A stretch of DNA of 60,538 nt from Bacilli bacterium (GTDB lineage: Bacteria; Bacillota_I; Bacilli_A; RFN20; CAG-826). Made by a program: the position numbers and the translations under genes. The number at the start of each line of letters is the position of its first letter. Position 1 is the stretch's first letter. The stretch is taken from positions 1-60,538 of the forward strand of contig JBILRP010000006.1 of assembly GCA_044372565.1 (NCBI GenBank). The letters run 5' to 3'. The notes under the pieces were generated by a model. The model worked only from the letters and a program-made list of their open reading frames with translations, searched no databases and was not told where the DNA came from. This document shows positions 9,461-19,313 of this stretch, piece after piece.

Positions 9461-10693
9461 ATGAATCGTGAAAAGCTTAGACAGTTTGCAACCTTAACCG
9501 TACGCCGTGGCGTGAATGTGAAAAAAGGCCAAGATGTGATTATCCATGCTGAACTGGATCAACCTGAATTTATCACCATGGTGGTGGAAGAAGCTTACGC
9601 TGCTGGCGCTCGATCGGTCCGCGTCAAATGGACACATTTACCGATTAGCCGAGTTAACGCGATTGAAATGAAGGAAGAGGTGATGGCAGAAATTCCTGAA
9701 TGGCAACATGCAGAAATGGCGCACAATGTCAAAACCTTACCCGCACAAATTCATATTCGTTCCGTCGATCCAGATGGGATGAAGGGTGTTGACCAAACCA
9801 AGTTAACCAATGTTTCTAAAATTACCACCCCACAAATTTTGAAGTACCGTGAACAAATGGACAATCGTTTCCAATGGACGATCATTGGTGTTCCTTCCAT
9901 CAAGTGGTCAGAAAAAGTCTTCCCAAAACTCAAAGGTGAAGCAGCTGTAGAAGCCATGTGGGAAGCGATCATCAAAGCCACCCGTGTGACCAACGATCCA
10001 CTTGCAGAATGGGATCGACATAATGCCACCTTACAACAACGAAGCAAACAACTAGATGCATTGAATCTAGATTATCTCCACTTCCAATCCTCGAATGGCA
10101 CCGACTTTAAAATCTGGATGATCCCAGAAGCCCGGTGGTTAGGTGGTGGTGAACGTTTAATTGACGGTCAATTTTATAATCCAAACATGCCAACTGAAGA
10201 AGTATTTATCACTCCTAAAGCAGGGAAGGCAGAAGGAAAAGTTGTTGCCTCCAAACCCTTGTCTTATCAAGGCGAATTGATTGAAGATTTTTCCGTGACG
10301 TTTGCCAATGGTAAAGTCGTTGCCGTTCACGCCAAGAAAAACCAAAACTTATTAGAACAAATGGTGAAGATGGACGAAGGTGCATCTCGCATTGGTGAAC
10401 TAGCACTCGTCCCATTTGACTCTCCTATTCAACAATCCGGTTTATTATTCTTCAATACGTTATTTGATGAAAATGCTTCCTGCCATATTGCCTTAGGTCG
10501 GGCGTATGTGAATTCCATCAAAGGCTATGCGACAATGACCCCTCAACAACTCACCGACATTGGCTGCAATCGCTCGATGATTCACGTTGACTTCATGATT
10601 GGCAGTCGGGATTTAACCATCACTGGCTATGATCGCAAAGGCAAAGCGTTGGCCATCTTTACGAAGGGTAATTGGGCAACGACTCTCAAGTAA
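9461..10693 (+). CDS. Aminopeptidase, M29 (AmpS/PepS) family
   Basis: GVNVKKGQ, NMPTEEVF, GELALV, LFDENASCHIALG, SMIHVDFMIG. Confidence 0.92.
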   Translation: MNREKLRQFATLTVRRGVNVKKGQDVIIHAELDQPEFITMVVEEAYAAGARSVRVKWTHLPISRVNAIEMKEEVMAEIPEWQHAEMAHNVKTLPAQIHIRSVDPDGMKGVDQTKLTNVSKITTPQILKYREQMDNRFQWTIIGVPSIKWSEKVFPKLKGEAAVEAMWEAIIKATRVTNDPLAEWDRHNATLQQRSKQLDALNLDYLHFQSSNGTDFKIWMIPEARWLGGGERLIDGQFYNPNMPTEEVFITPKAGKAEGKVVASKPLSYQGELIEDFSVTFANGKVVAVHAKKNQNLLEQMVKMDEGASRIGELALVPFDSPIQQSGLLFFNTLFDENASCHIALGRAYVNSIKGYATMTPQQLTDIGCNRSMIHVDFMIGSRDLTITGYDRKGKALAIFTKGNWATTLK

Positions 10694-10700
10694 ATGCAAT

Positions 10701-10736
10701 AAAAAAACCTTCGCATCTTATTCGCGAAGGTTTTTT
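10701..10736. terminator. Bidirectional intrinsic terminator between aminopeptidase and glnA
   Basis: AAAAAAACCTTCGC-N9-GCGAAGGTTTTTT. Confidence 0.88.
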
Positions 10737-10747
10737 CTTTGGTTGAA

Positions 10748-12085
10748 TTATAAGTGGAGATATCGATCGATTTCCCATGCCGAGACATAGGTCCGATAGT
10801 CATCCCATTCACGTTCTTTGGCAATGATGTATTTGTCATAGGTGTGTTTACCTAGAACAGCTAACATCATGGGATCTTTCTTCATTTCTTTGATGGCATC
10901 TTTTAAGTTTTCTGGTAAGTTTTGAATCCCTTGGGCTTCACGTTGTTCTCGGGTGAGTTCAAAAATGTTGTCATAAACAGGAGGAACCGTTTTAGGATCT
11001 TTGCTTGCAACGCCTTCAAGTCCTGCAGTGAGAATAAATGCAAGGGCAAGGTAAGGATTGGCTAATGGATCCACGTTACGTAGTTCAGTACGAGTCGACC
11101 CACCACGTGCTGCAGGGATACGAATCATCGCCGAACGATTAGCATCGGACCAGCAGGCATAGCAAGGGGCTTCATAACCAGGAATGATTCGTTTGTAAGA
11201 ATTGACCGTTGGATTGGTTAAGGCGGCAATGGAACGGGAATGATTAAGAATCCCGGTCATCCATTTTTTAGCAACCAGCGATAATTGCATCTCAGCGGTT
11301 GGATCATAGAAGGCGTTTTCACCCTTCGCATTTGCTAAGGATAAATTCGTGTGCATTCCTGAACCATTGATGCCCGCGATTGGTTTAGGCATGAATGTCG
11401 CGTGAAGACCATGCTTATGGGCGATGACTTTGACCACGGTTTTAAAGAGTTGTAAATTATCGCAAGCCTTTAAGACGTTTTGGAATCGGAAGTTAATTTC
11501 ATGTTGGCCGACGGCAACTTCGTGATGAGATGCTTGCACATCCAACCCTAATTTATCAAGTTCAATCGCGATATCACGACGGGTATAGTTGTCCCCATCC
11601 ATTGGTGCTAAATCAAAATAGCCAGCGTCGTCGTTTGGTTCTAAGACAGGTTTACCTTCTTTGACTTTGAATAAAAAGAATTCAGGTTCAAAGCCAACGT
11701 TCAATGCAGAAAAACCTGCATCATGCATTTTCTTAATGGCCTTCTTGAGGATGAATCGTGGATCGCCTTCAAAGGGTTCACCTTTTGGTGTGTAAACATC
11801 ACACACCAAGCGTGCGACTTTGCCTAATTCCAAACTTTCAAAGGTGAGGATTTGAAACGTCGACAAATCAGGATACAAATACATATCAGCTTCTTTGATA
11901 CGAACGAAGCCTTCAATCGAGGAACCATCAAACATAATTTTGTTATTGATGGCGTCGTCTAATCGAGAAATCGGTAAATCGACAGACTTTACGATGCCGA
12001 GCATGTCGGTAAATTGCATACGAATAAACCTAACATCCTCTTTTTTGGCAAGCGCCAAAACGTCTTCTTTTGTCATGGTTACCAT
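10748..12085 (-). CDS. glnA: Glutamine synthetase type I
   Basis: FDGSSIEGF, HHEVAVGQHEI, ATFMPKP, NGSGMH, NSYKR..PGYEAP, NRSAMIRIP. Confidence 0.97.
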   Translation of the reverse strand: MVTMTKEDVLALAKKEDVRFIRMQFTDMLGIVKSVDLPISRLDDAINNKIMFDGSSIEGFVRIKEADMYLYPDLSTFQILTFESLELGKVARLVCDVYTPKGEPFEGDPRFILKKAIKKMHDAGFSALNVGFEPEFFLFKVKEGKPVLEPNDDAGYFDLAPMDGDNYTRRDIAIELDKLGLDVQASHHEVAVGQHEINFRFQNVLKACDNLQLFKTVVKVIAHKHGLHATFMPKPIAGINGSGMHTNLSLANAKGENAFYDPTAEMQLSLVAKKWMTGILNHSRSIAALTNPTVNSYKRIIPGYEAPCYACWSDANRSAMIRIPAARGGSTRTELRNVDPLANPYLALAFILTAGLEGVASKDPKTVPPVYDNIFELTREQREAQGIQNLPENLKDAIKEMKKDPMMLAVLGKHTYDKYIIAKEREWDDYRTYVSAWEIDRYLHL

Positions 12086-12097
12086 GGTAAATCCCCC

Positions 12098-12142
12098 TGT
12101 GAGATGTTAATCACATTATAATGCTTTATTTTATTTCGTCAA
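12098..12142 (-). promoter_or_regulatory. glnA sigma-A promoter (TTGACG-N16-TATAAT) with a palindromic operator candidate TGTGA-N8-TCACA over +1
   Basis: -35 at 12137-12142, -10 at 12115-12120, inverted repeat at 12098-12115, SD GGGGGA downstream. Confidence 0.65.
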
Positions 12143-12148
12143 ATAGTT

Positions 12149-12181
12149 AAAAATGACGTCATCAAGGTTCTTGATGGACGT
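12149..12181 (-). terminator. Intrinsic terminator after the yolD-like gene
   Basis: Minus strand ACGTC(C)ATCAAG-AAC-CTTGATGACGT followed by CATTTTT. Confidence 0.7.
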
Positions 12182-12206
12182 TAGCATGATTGTTTTCAAC
12201 CTTGAA

Positions 12207-12515
12207 TCAAAGAATACGTATCGACAAAATCAAGTCAAAAGGAAGTGTTAATTTATCAATGATTAACCATTTTTGCTCGAAATTCATCTTGGTGACTAGC
12301 CCGGCAACCTGGTGTTTATTTCCTTCAAAGAAGTAATCGATGATCACGTTTTGGTCTTTAGACCGGAGTAAACCATCATTAATCTCATTCGCCATCTCCT
12401 GACTTAATTGAGGTTTTTTAAGCTTCTCACGATGGTTTTTCATTTTGGCAATCGTGCCTTTTTGCTCAATCAGGGAAGCGTAAGGTGCCCATTTTTTCAT
12501 CCCGCGATCACTCAT
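12207..12515 (-). CDS. YolD-like family protein
   Basis: DRGMKKWAPYASL N-terminus; overlaps the stop of the Y-family polymerase, typical umuC-like/yolD pairing. Confidence 0.8.
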   Translation of the reverse strand: MSDRGMKKWAPYASLIEQKGTIAKMKNHREKLKKPQLSQEMANEINDGLLRSKDQNVIIDYFFEGNKHQVAGLVTKMNFEQKWLIIDKLTLPFDLILSIRIL

Positions 12516-13780
12516 TTACGGTGACCTCCAATAAGTTCATGACGGTCTCGGGTGGTGGATGATTTGAGTAACGCCGACGTTCTTAATACCGCATTATGAC
12601 CATAGCGTTCTTTGATCTGAGCAAGTGTGACTTGCAACCTTCTTTTTTTATCCGTGGTTTCAACATCAGTAAATAAGTCGAGTTGTTCTTTGTCTAAGTC
12701 AGTTAGTTTTCTAAAAGAAAAGGTGACATTTCGAATTGGTTTGGCTTCAACATAGCGATGATAAATTCGCATCAATGCCTCATACAAGGTATCTTCATCA
12801 TCGGTGGCCCGCATCAAACTCATTTGGTGAGAGAATCCTCCAAGGCTTGCCGAGTAGCCAATGCTTAAATGCACCAAGGACGTCAGGTGCGCTTGCAGTC
12901 GTAAACGTAACGTCAAGTCATCACACATTTCCCGAATCACCACGGGTGCTTCTTCCATTGTGTAATCTCTAAACAACACTTGCCCCATGCTGATGCCAGG
13001 TTCTTTTGGACTATATTTTTCTCGTATATTGGAATGATCAATGCCGTTGGCGTGTTGATGAAGTTGCTTGCCCATCACCCCATATAACGCGATTAATTTA
13101 TGTTCTGGGTATTGGGCTAAATCCCCCACGGTCATGATCCCCAGTTGATGAAGGCGGTGCTCCATTCTTGACGCTATCCCCCACATCTCGCCGACCGGCA
13201 GTGGCCAGAACTTGTCTTGGATGTCTGCTTGATGCCAAATCGCGATGCCATCTTTGGCTTTTTTGGCTTCTAAGTCCAAGGCACTTTTTGCAAGAAACGG
13301 GTTGTCACCGATGCCCACGGTGGCGAGCAATTTCATTTTCTTATAAATTGTATCTTTGATGGTCTTCATCAATTCCCGAGGAGTTTGTTGATAAAGCTTT
13401 AAATAAGGACCAAGGTTTAAAAAGGCTTCATCGACGCTGTACACATGAAGATCGTCTTCACCGACAAAATCTAAAAGGATGGACATCACTTGGGCAGATT
13501 GTTGTAAATATAAACTCATTCTTGGGGTGGCAAAGACAATATCGTCACGCTTAGGGAGTTCAAAGACCCGGAGTCGGGAGGGAATGCCTTGGGCTCTTAA
13601 ATAAGGGGATACCGCGAGAATGATGGTCCCTGTGCCACGGCTTTTGTCGGCAACCACCAACGGGGTGGTCATGGGATCAAGTCCACGATCAACACATTCC
13701 ACCACCGCGTAAAAAGACTTGAGGTCAAGGACGGCGACCACAGAGGGGAAAGGTTGAGTTAAGTTTTTTTCTTTTAACAT
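12512..13780 (-). CDS. Y-family translesion DNA polymerase (UmuC/UvrX/YqjW-like)
   Basis: DLKSFYAVVE, YSVDEAFL, GIGDNPFLAK, C-terminal QLDLF clamp motif and IGGHRK end. Confidence 0.92.
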   Translation of the reverse strand: MLKEKNLTQPFPSVVAVLDLKSFYAVVECVDRGLDPMTTPLVVADKSRGTGTIILAVSPYLRAQGIPSRLRVFELPKRDDIVFATPRMSLYLQQSAQVMSILLDFVGEDDLHVYSVDEAFLNLGPYLKLYQQTPRELMKTIKDTIYKKMKLLATVGIGDNPFLAKSALDLEAKKAKDGIAIWHQADIQDKFWPLPVGEMWGIASRMEHRLHQLGIMTVGDLAQYPEHKLIALYGVMGKQLHQHANGIDHSNIREKYSPKEPGISMGQVLFRDYTMEEAPVVIREMCDDLTLRLRLQAHLTSLVHLSIGYSASLGGFSHQMSLMRATDDEDTLYEALMRIYHRYVEAKPIRNVTFSFRKLTDLDKEQLDLFTDVETTDKKRRLQVTLAQIKERYGHNAVLRTSALLKSSTTRDRHELIGGHRK

Positions 13781-13843
13781 GGTATCCTTGGACCTCTATT
13801 TTAACGAAACTAAAGACATAAATGCATTAAGAATTTGATATGA

Positions 13844-13855
13844 AAACATTCGTTC
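13844..13855 (-). promoter_or_regulatory. LexA (SOS/Cheo) box upstream of the Y-polymerase operon
   Basis: Minus strand GAAC-GAAT-GTTT matches the Firmicutes core GAACRNRYGTTY, 64-75 nt upstream of the start. Confidence 0.65.
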
Positions 13856-13918
13856 ATTAATTTGTATATTTTCTGTGATTTTCTTCACAAAATAATGATT
13901 TGTGGTATATTATTCAAT

Positions 13919-14545
13919 ATGGATTTTAATACCTTACTTGAACCAATCGAAACTGCCATTTTAGAGATTTTAGCCAACCCAATCCTATTGGATGTTGGTT
14001 TAGGATTATTCGTCTTATTCATGGCGTTCACTGGGGTAAAACGAGGATACTGGTTTGCGATATGGAATTTATTTTTTTCCGTTGTGGTTATCTTCATTGG
14101 CCTTCTTTTCTTCTTGAATGTTGCCACGACGTTTGTCAGTGAATTCACCGGCGCATACTTAGTGTTTGTAGACATTGACTTATCAAAAACCATGGCGATG
14201 TTTGCCATCTTACTTGCCGTCTTGTTATTTGGTTGGATCATCTCTGGTTTTATTTATTTAATCTTTACCCCAATCAAAGGGAAGAATTATTCCTATCGTG
14301 ATTTAGACCCCATGGTCGTGATTAAAGTTAAATCCTATGGATTTACCGTTGGGTTGATCGAAGGTATCGCTTATGTGTTTCTCTTCAATATCGTTTTAGG
14401 CAACATCGCAACCTACTTACCACAAATTTTTCCTAATGAATATATTTCAACGTTCTTATCAACCTTGCACCCAGATAATTCGATTGTCTTAAGTTTAATC
14501 AATCAGCTGCTTGGTGATTACGGTAGTTTCCTTCAATTAGGATAA
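13919..14545 (+). CDS. CvpA-like membrane protein
   Basis: LLDVGLGLFVLFMAFTGVKRG and GFTVGLIEG resemble CvpA signatures; ATG 13919 lies 7 nt after TG-G-TATATT. Confidence 0.6.
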   Translation: MDFNTLLEPIETAILEILANPILLDVGLGLFVLFMAFTGVKRGYWFAIWNLFFSVVVIFIGLLFFLNVATTFVSEFTGAYLVFVDIDLSKTMAMFAILLAVLLFGWIISGFIYLIFTPIKGKNYSYRDLDPMVVIKVKSYGFTVGLIEGIAYVFLFNIVLGNIATYLPQIFPNEYISTFLSTLHPDNSIVLSLINQLLGDYGSFLQLG

Positions 14546-14564
14546 GACCTCAATCTAGGCAAAC

Positions 14565-14594
14565 AAAAAGTCTTGGGATCTCCAAGACTTTTTT
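14565..14594. terminator. Bidirectional intrinsic terminator
   Basis: AAAAAGTCTTGG-GATCT-CCAAGACTTTTTT between convergent genes. Confidence 0.85.
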
Positions 14595-14609
14595 CTTGTT
14601 TAATTTAGC

Positions 14610-16070
14610 CTACTTACTTTTTCTTATTGTGACTTTTTTCGTTGCAACTTTGGTTGTTTCTAAAGTCACAGGTGCGGGGGTATCGCTGAGCGATGGTGTT
14701 GATTTATCCATGAACACATCATAAAACCCGTTACCAATGAGGATGACAAAGATACCTACCATCGACGCTTGAAAACTATTGACCATGGTTACCACAAGAA
14801 GAATGAGCATCCCAAGGATCGCAAGTCTAGGCACATGAGGGAAACCCCAAACTTTATAGGGACGTTCTGCTTTTGGCATGGTTTGACGGAACTTGAACAC
14901 TGATAAGAAGATGAGGGTGTTAAACACCAACCCACCGAATAAGATAATGGATAATAAGAAATTGACGTTATCATAACCAAACCCGACAATGATCCACGAG
15001 ACAATCGTTTGCCCAAGAATGGCCACCCAAGGGGTTTTGAATTTAGCATCGATATTACCAAAGAATTTGGGTAGCGTTTCATCTTCCGCCATCGCTAAGT
15101 AAACGCGTGGGAATGATAAAATCGAACCATTCAACGATCCAAAGATGGAAATGGCAATCGCACCAAACACGACGTAACCTAATAGACCGAGATCAAAACT
15201 GGTAAAAATCGCTCCGAATGCGGAATAGACCGCTCCAAGGTCGAAGCCAGCTTCCACTGCGCCAGTTCCTAAATTCGCTAAGGTAGCTGGCGAAATGATG
15301 CGGTATAAACCAACGACAAATAACACATACACACCCATGACCAAAGCAACAGCAATCGTTAATGCTTTGGGTAAATCTCTTTTTGTATCTTTCATTTCTT
15401 CGGCAACGGTATTTAAGTTGGTCCAACCTTCGTAGGCAAATAAGGTTCGGGCAACGGCAAACAGTAAACCGGAAATAAGTAATCCAGGTTCAATATTTTC
15501 TGCACCATTGCTGGCAAAGATATCCGTTTGGGTTCCAAAGAATAACCCATAGACGATGATGGTGATCAATGGAATGAGTTTGGCAACGAAGAAAATATTT
15601 TGAACTATTTTTCCATATTGAACGCCAAAATAATTAATCAATGAGAGGATGATGATAACGACCGTAGCAATGAGTCCAACAAGAGGTGCTGGAAATCCTG
15701 CTCCATCATTCACCCCCAACATATAACCGATCACTTGGGCAAAGAGAAGCGCTAATAAAGCAACAGAACCCGAGCTTGATAAGAAGAAGTTGGTGATGCC
15801 TGATAAGAAGGCAACCCGTCGACCATATGCTTTCCGAAGATAAACATAATAGCCACCTGTTTTAGGAAACAGTGTTCCCAACTCTGCATAAGTTAAGGCA
15901 GAGAATAAGGTGATGATGCCACCCACCAACCATGCCACCAGCGATAAGCCTAATGAATTACTCGCCAAACCTAAGACCAGCATCGAAAAGAAATAAATCC
16001 CCGACCCGATCATGATCCCTGCCAAAACAGAGACACTAGAGAACAATCCGAGTTCTTTTTTTAGTTTCAT
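14610..16070 (-). CDS. APC-superfamily amino acid permease (LAT/SteT-like)
   Basis: GIMIGSGIY, YAELGTLFPKTGGYY, FAYEGW, RPYKVWG; SD GGAGG. Confidence 0.9.
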   Translation of the reverse strand: MKLKKELGLFSSVSVLAGIMIGSGIYFFSMLVLGLASNSLGLSLVAWLVGGIITLFSALTYAELGTLFPKTGGYYVYLRKAYGRRVAFLSGITNFFLSSSGSVALLALLFAQVIGYMLGVNDGAGFPAPLVGLIATVVIIILSLINYFGVQYGKIVQNIFFVAKLIPLITIIVYGLFFGTQTDIFASNGAENIEPGLLISGLLFAVARTLFAYEGWTNLNTVAEEMKDTKRDLPKALTIAVALVMGVYVLFVVGLYRIISPATLANLGTGAVEAGFDLGAVYSAFGAIFTSFDLGLLGYVVFGAIAISIFGSLNGSILSFPRVYLAMAEDETLPKFFGNIDAKFKTPWVAILGQTIVSWIIVGFGYDNVNFLLSIILFGGLVFNTLIFLSVFKFRQTMPKAERPYKVWGFPHVPRLAILGMLILLVVTMVNSFQASMVGIFVILIGNGFYDVFMDKSTPSLSDTPAPVTLETTKVATKKVTIRKSK

Positions 16071-16096
16071 ATGAAACCTCCAATAAATATTAAAGA

Positions 16097-16125
16097 CAAT
16101 TTATCAATATACTCGATAAATTGCA
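16097..16125 (-). promoter_or_regulatory. Promoter TTGCAA-N17-TAAATT embedded in a 9-bp perfect inverted repeat
   Basis: Minus strand CAATTTATC-GAGTATATT-GATAAATTG at 16097-16123. Confidence 0.5.
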
Positions 16126-16148
16126 AAGAAAATGATTTCGTGAAAACA

Positions 16149-17609
16149 TTAATTTTCTTTGATTTTTTGGAGGGCTGCGTAGTGTAATGTTGGGGTTCTT
16201 GCCGCACTGACCTCATCTAAACGACCCACAGGGGTGTGGTGAGGTGCTGTTTTCACGATCTCAGGATTGGTCTTGGATTCTTGGGCAATTTGCCGGAAAA
16301 TCGCGATGAATTGATCAAGGGTTTCTTTGGACTCAACTTCCGTTGGTTCCACCATGATCGATTGATCGAAGAGCATTGGAAAATAGATCGTTGGGGCGTG
16401 TATACCAAAATCTAAACAGCGCTTGGCAATGTCTAAGGTTTTCACACCGGTGGATTGATCAATTAATCCATTCATGACAAATTCATGCATGCAAGGTTGG
16501 TTGGCGACCAATTTATAGACATCTTTTAATGATGCTTGAATATAGTTGGCGTTCAAGACCGCGTGAGGACCCACATGCATCAAATCTTCTGCGACGGTGC
16601 GAATATACGAATAGGCGCGGATGACCACAAGGAAGTTACCATAGAATCCACCGACTTGACCACAGGAGGTTGTTGGGTAATCCAATCGATATTGGTCTTT
16701 TTCTTTAACCACGACTGGTTTTGGTAAATAAGGCACCAAGTGTTTGGCAACACTGACAGGGCCAGACCCTGGACCACCACCACCGTGTGGGGTGGAAAAG
16801 GTTTTATGTAAGTTCATATGCATGATGTCAAAGCCCATGTCTCCGGGTCGAGCAATCCCTAATAAAGGATTGAGATTGGCGCCATCATAATAGAGTAAAC
16901 CACCGACATCGTGAACGAGTTTTGCAATCGTTAAAATATCTTTTTCAAATAAACCGACTGTGTTTGGGTTGGTTAACATAATCCCCGCGGTTTGATCATT
17001 GAGCACTTGTTTTAAAGCGTCGACATCGACCATCCCATTTTTGGATTTGATCGTGATGGTTTCATACCCTAACATCATCGCCGAGGCAGGATTGGTGCCG
17101 TGAGCAGAATCAGGAATCACCACTTTGGTCCTTTTGGTATCCCCGCGTGCTTCATGGTACGACTTCATGATCATTAAGCCAGCCAATTCGCCATGAGCCC
17201 CAGCAAAGGTATTTAAGGATGTCCCACCCATGCCCGTGATTTCATTGAGCATCGTCGCCATATCAAAATAAATCTTGAGTAACGGTTGAACGGTGTCTAA
17301 CGGTTGCGTTGGATGGATCAGTTTAAAACCATCTAAACTCGCCATTTCATCATTGATTTTTGGGTTGTATTTCATCGTGCATGAACCAAGGGGATAAAAG
17401 CCAGATTCAATTCCAATATTCTTTTGTGAAACTTTGGTGTAATGTCTAACAATATCTAACTCAGAAACTTCAGGAAGGACTGCCGCTTCTTGGCGAAATA
17501 GCGTCGTGGATAGATTAGGTTCCTTGGTTGCAGGAATGCTGGTGTTGGGTAGTTGATAACCCACGCGACCTTGCGACGATAGTTCAAAAATGAGTTTAGT
17601 GTAAGTCAT
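16149..17609 (-). CDS. gcvPB: Glycine dehydrogenase (decarboxylating) subunit 2
   Basis: YPLGSCTMKYNP, SAHGTNPASA, NLHKTFSTPHGGGGPG (PLP Lys). Confidence 0.97.
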   Translation of the reverse strand: MTYTKLIFELSSQGRVGYQLPNTSIPATKEPNLSTTLFRQEAAVLPEVSELDIVRHYTKVSQKNIGIESGFYPLGSCTMKYNPKINDEMASLDGFKLIHPTQPLDTVQPLLKIYFDMATMLNEITGMGGTSLNTFAGAHGELAGLMIMKSYHEARGDTKRTKVVIPDSAHGTNPASAMMLGYETITIKSKNGMVDVDALKQVLNDQTAGIMLTNPNTVGLFEKDILTIAKLVHDVGGLLYYDGANLNPLLGIARPGDMGFDIMHMNLHKTFSTPHGGGGPGSGPVSVAKHLVPYLPKPVVVKEKDQYRLDYPTTSCGQVGGFYGNFLVVIRAYSYIRTVAEDLMHVGPHAVLNANYIQASLKDVYKLVANQPCMHEFVMNGLIDQSTGVKTLDIAKRCLDFGIHAPTIYFPMLFDQSIMVEPTEVESKETLDQFIAIFRQIAQESKTNPEIVKTAPHHTPVGRLDEVSAARTPTLHYAALQKIKEN

Positions 17610-18918
17610 GTTGAACCTCCTTGATCGCGTTTACAAATGCATCAATGTCTTCCTTGGTTTTGGTTTCACTTCCATACATGACGAGTTGTTTATCGTTCAA
17701 AGGTTGGCCAATTAAATAACCTTTTTTCACCAAGGCTTTTTCTAATGCATGGGTGTTTACTTTACTATTAAGGGTGACTTCATAGGCATAAGGAGCTTGA
17801 TACGTTTTCGTAAATAATCCAGTGGCCGTCAGTTGTTCCACTAGATATCTTGTCACCGCACAGGCGCGATCAAAAGCAGCGACCAATCCTTGTTTACCTA
17901 AGGCACTCATATAGACCGTTGCTTGTAAGGCAAGGAGGGATTGATTGGAGCAAATGTTAGAGTTCGCTTTTTCTCGACGAATGTGTTGTTCGCGAGTTTG
18001 TAACGTCAAGACGAAACCACGTTGACCGCGGCTATCTTTGGTGTAACCACAAATCCGACCAGGCATTTTTCTGACCCATTCATTGAGGGTTGCTAAATAA
18101 CCTAAATAAGGACCACCAAAACTTGGGTTTAATCCTAAGGATTGTGCTTCGCCGCAGACGATGTCCGCGCCAAGCTCTCTTGGGGTTTTTAATCTGGATA
18201 AAGCAAAGGGATCATTATAACTAATGATTAATGCCTTCTTGGACTTGATGATTGGGGCGACACGATCAAAGTATTCAATCAAACCAAAACGATTTGGATA
18301 AGAAAAAATAACAGCTGCAAATGGCGAATTCATCGCTTGCTGGAGTACCTTTTGATCCATCAAACCATCTTTAGAAGGAATGATATCTAATTTAACATCT
18401 CGATGTCTGGCATAGGTCAATAAAACTGCTTCAACGTGGGGTAATAAAGCAGAAGCAATCAACACACGTTTAATGCCAGTGACAGAAACTGCCATGGTCA
18501 TCGCTTCAGAAAGCGCGGTTGGTCCGTCATACATGGAGGCGTTGGAAACATCCATGCCTGTCAATTGGGTAATCATCGATTGCCATTCAAAAATATATTG
18601 CAGGGTTCCTTGAGCAACTTCGGGTTGATAAGGTGTATACGACGTTAAAAATTCTTGACGCGAACTGATCGCATCAATGATGGAAGGACGTTCATGTTCA
18701 TAAACCCCAAACCCTCGGAAGGATTGTAAAACTTGACCTTGATTGGCTTTGAGATGTTTTCTTAATTGACTCTCAGATAACCGAGGTAAGAGTTGGTAGG
18801 GTTTCGTTAATCGGATGGATTGGGGAACATCGCCTAATAAATCATCAATCCGTTTTGCCCGGATGACTGCCAACATTTCTTCTTGATTGGATAGCGTTAA
18901 AGGAAGATATTTAAACAT
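17596..18918 (-). CDS. gcvPA: Glycine dehydrogenase (decarboxylating) subunit 1
   Basis: TSYTPYQPEVAQG, NASMYDG, LQTREQHIRREKANSNICSNQ. Confidence 0.97.
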   Translation of the reverse strand: MFKYLPLTLSNQEEMLAVIRAKRIDDLLGDVPQSIRLTKPYQLLPRLSESQLRKHLKANQGQVLQSFRGFGVYEHERPSIIDAISSRQEFLTSYTPYQPEVAQGTLQYIFEWQSMITQLTGMDVSNASMYDGPTALSEAMTMAVSVTGIKRVLIASALLPHVEAVLLTYARHRDVKLDIIPSKDGLMDQKVLQQAMNSPFAAVIFSYPNRFGLIEYFDRVAPIIKSKKALIISYNDPFALSRLKTPRELGADIVCGEAQSLGLNPSFGGPYLGYLATLNEWVRKMPGRICGYTKDSRGQRGFVLTLQTREQHIRREKANSNICSNQSLLALQATVYMSALGKQGLVAAFDRACAVTRYLVEQLTATGLFTKTYQAPYAYEVTLNSKVNTHALEKALVKKGYLIGQPLNDKQLVMYGSETKTKEDIDAFVNAIKEVQHDLH

Positions 18919-18937
18919 CTTTTAGTATCCTTTCTTA

Positions 18938-19303
18938 TTACTTTGGTAAGGCGTCGTAATCAGCTTTAGATAACAAGGTGTTCATTTCAGTTGGGTTGGA
19001 TAATTTAACTTTGATGATCCACGTGGATTCTGCATCTTGATTAATTAAATCAGGCCCACTGATGAGGGATTGATTGATTTCTACAATTTCTCCAGACACT
19101 GGAATATATAAATCGGATGCCGCTTTGACAGATTCTACCACGCCAAAGACATCATTTTCTTTAAAGGTTTTTCCCACCTTAGGTAAGTCAACAAAGACGA
19201 TGGTTCCCAAACTACCTTGGGCGTAATCCGTGATGCCGATGGTGGCGATCTTTCCTTCTAAAACAACCCATTCATGGGAAGGCGAATATTTACGATTGCT
19301 CAT
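18938..19303 (-). CDS. gcvH: Glycine cleavage H protein
   Basis: HEW, GITDYAQ, VESVKAASD (lipoyl Lys). Confidence 0.97.
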   Translation of the reverse strand: MSNRKYSPSHEWVVLEGKIATIGITDYAQGSLGTIVFVDLPKVGKTFKENDVFGVVESVKAASDLYIPVSGEIVEINQSLISGPDLINQDAESTWIIKVKLSNPTEMNTLLSKADYDALPK

Positions 19304-19313
19304 GTTATTTCTC

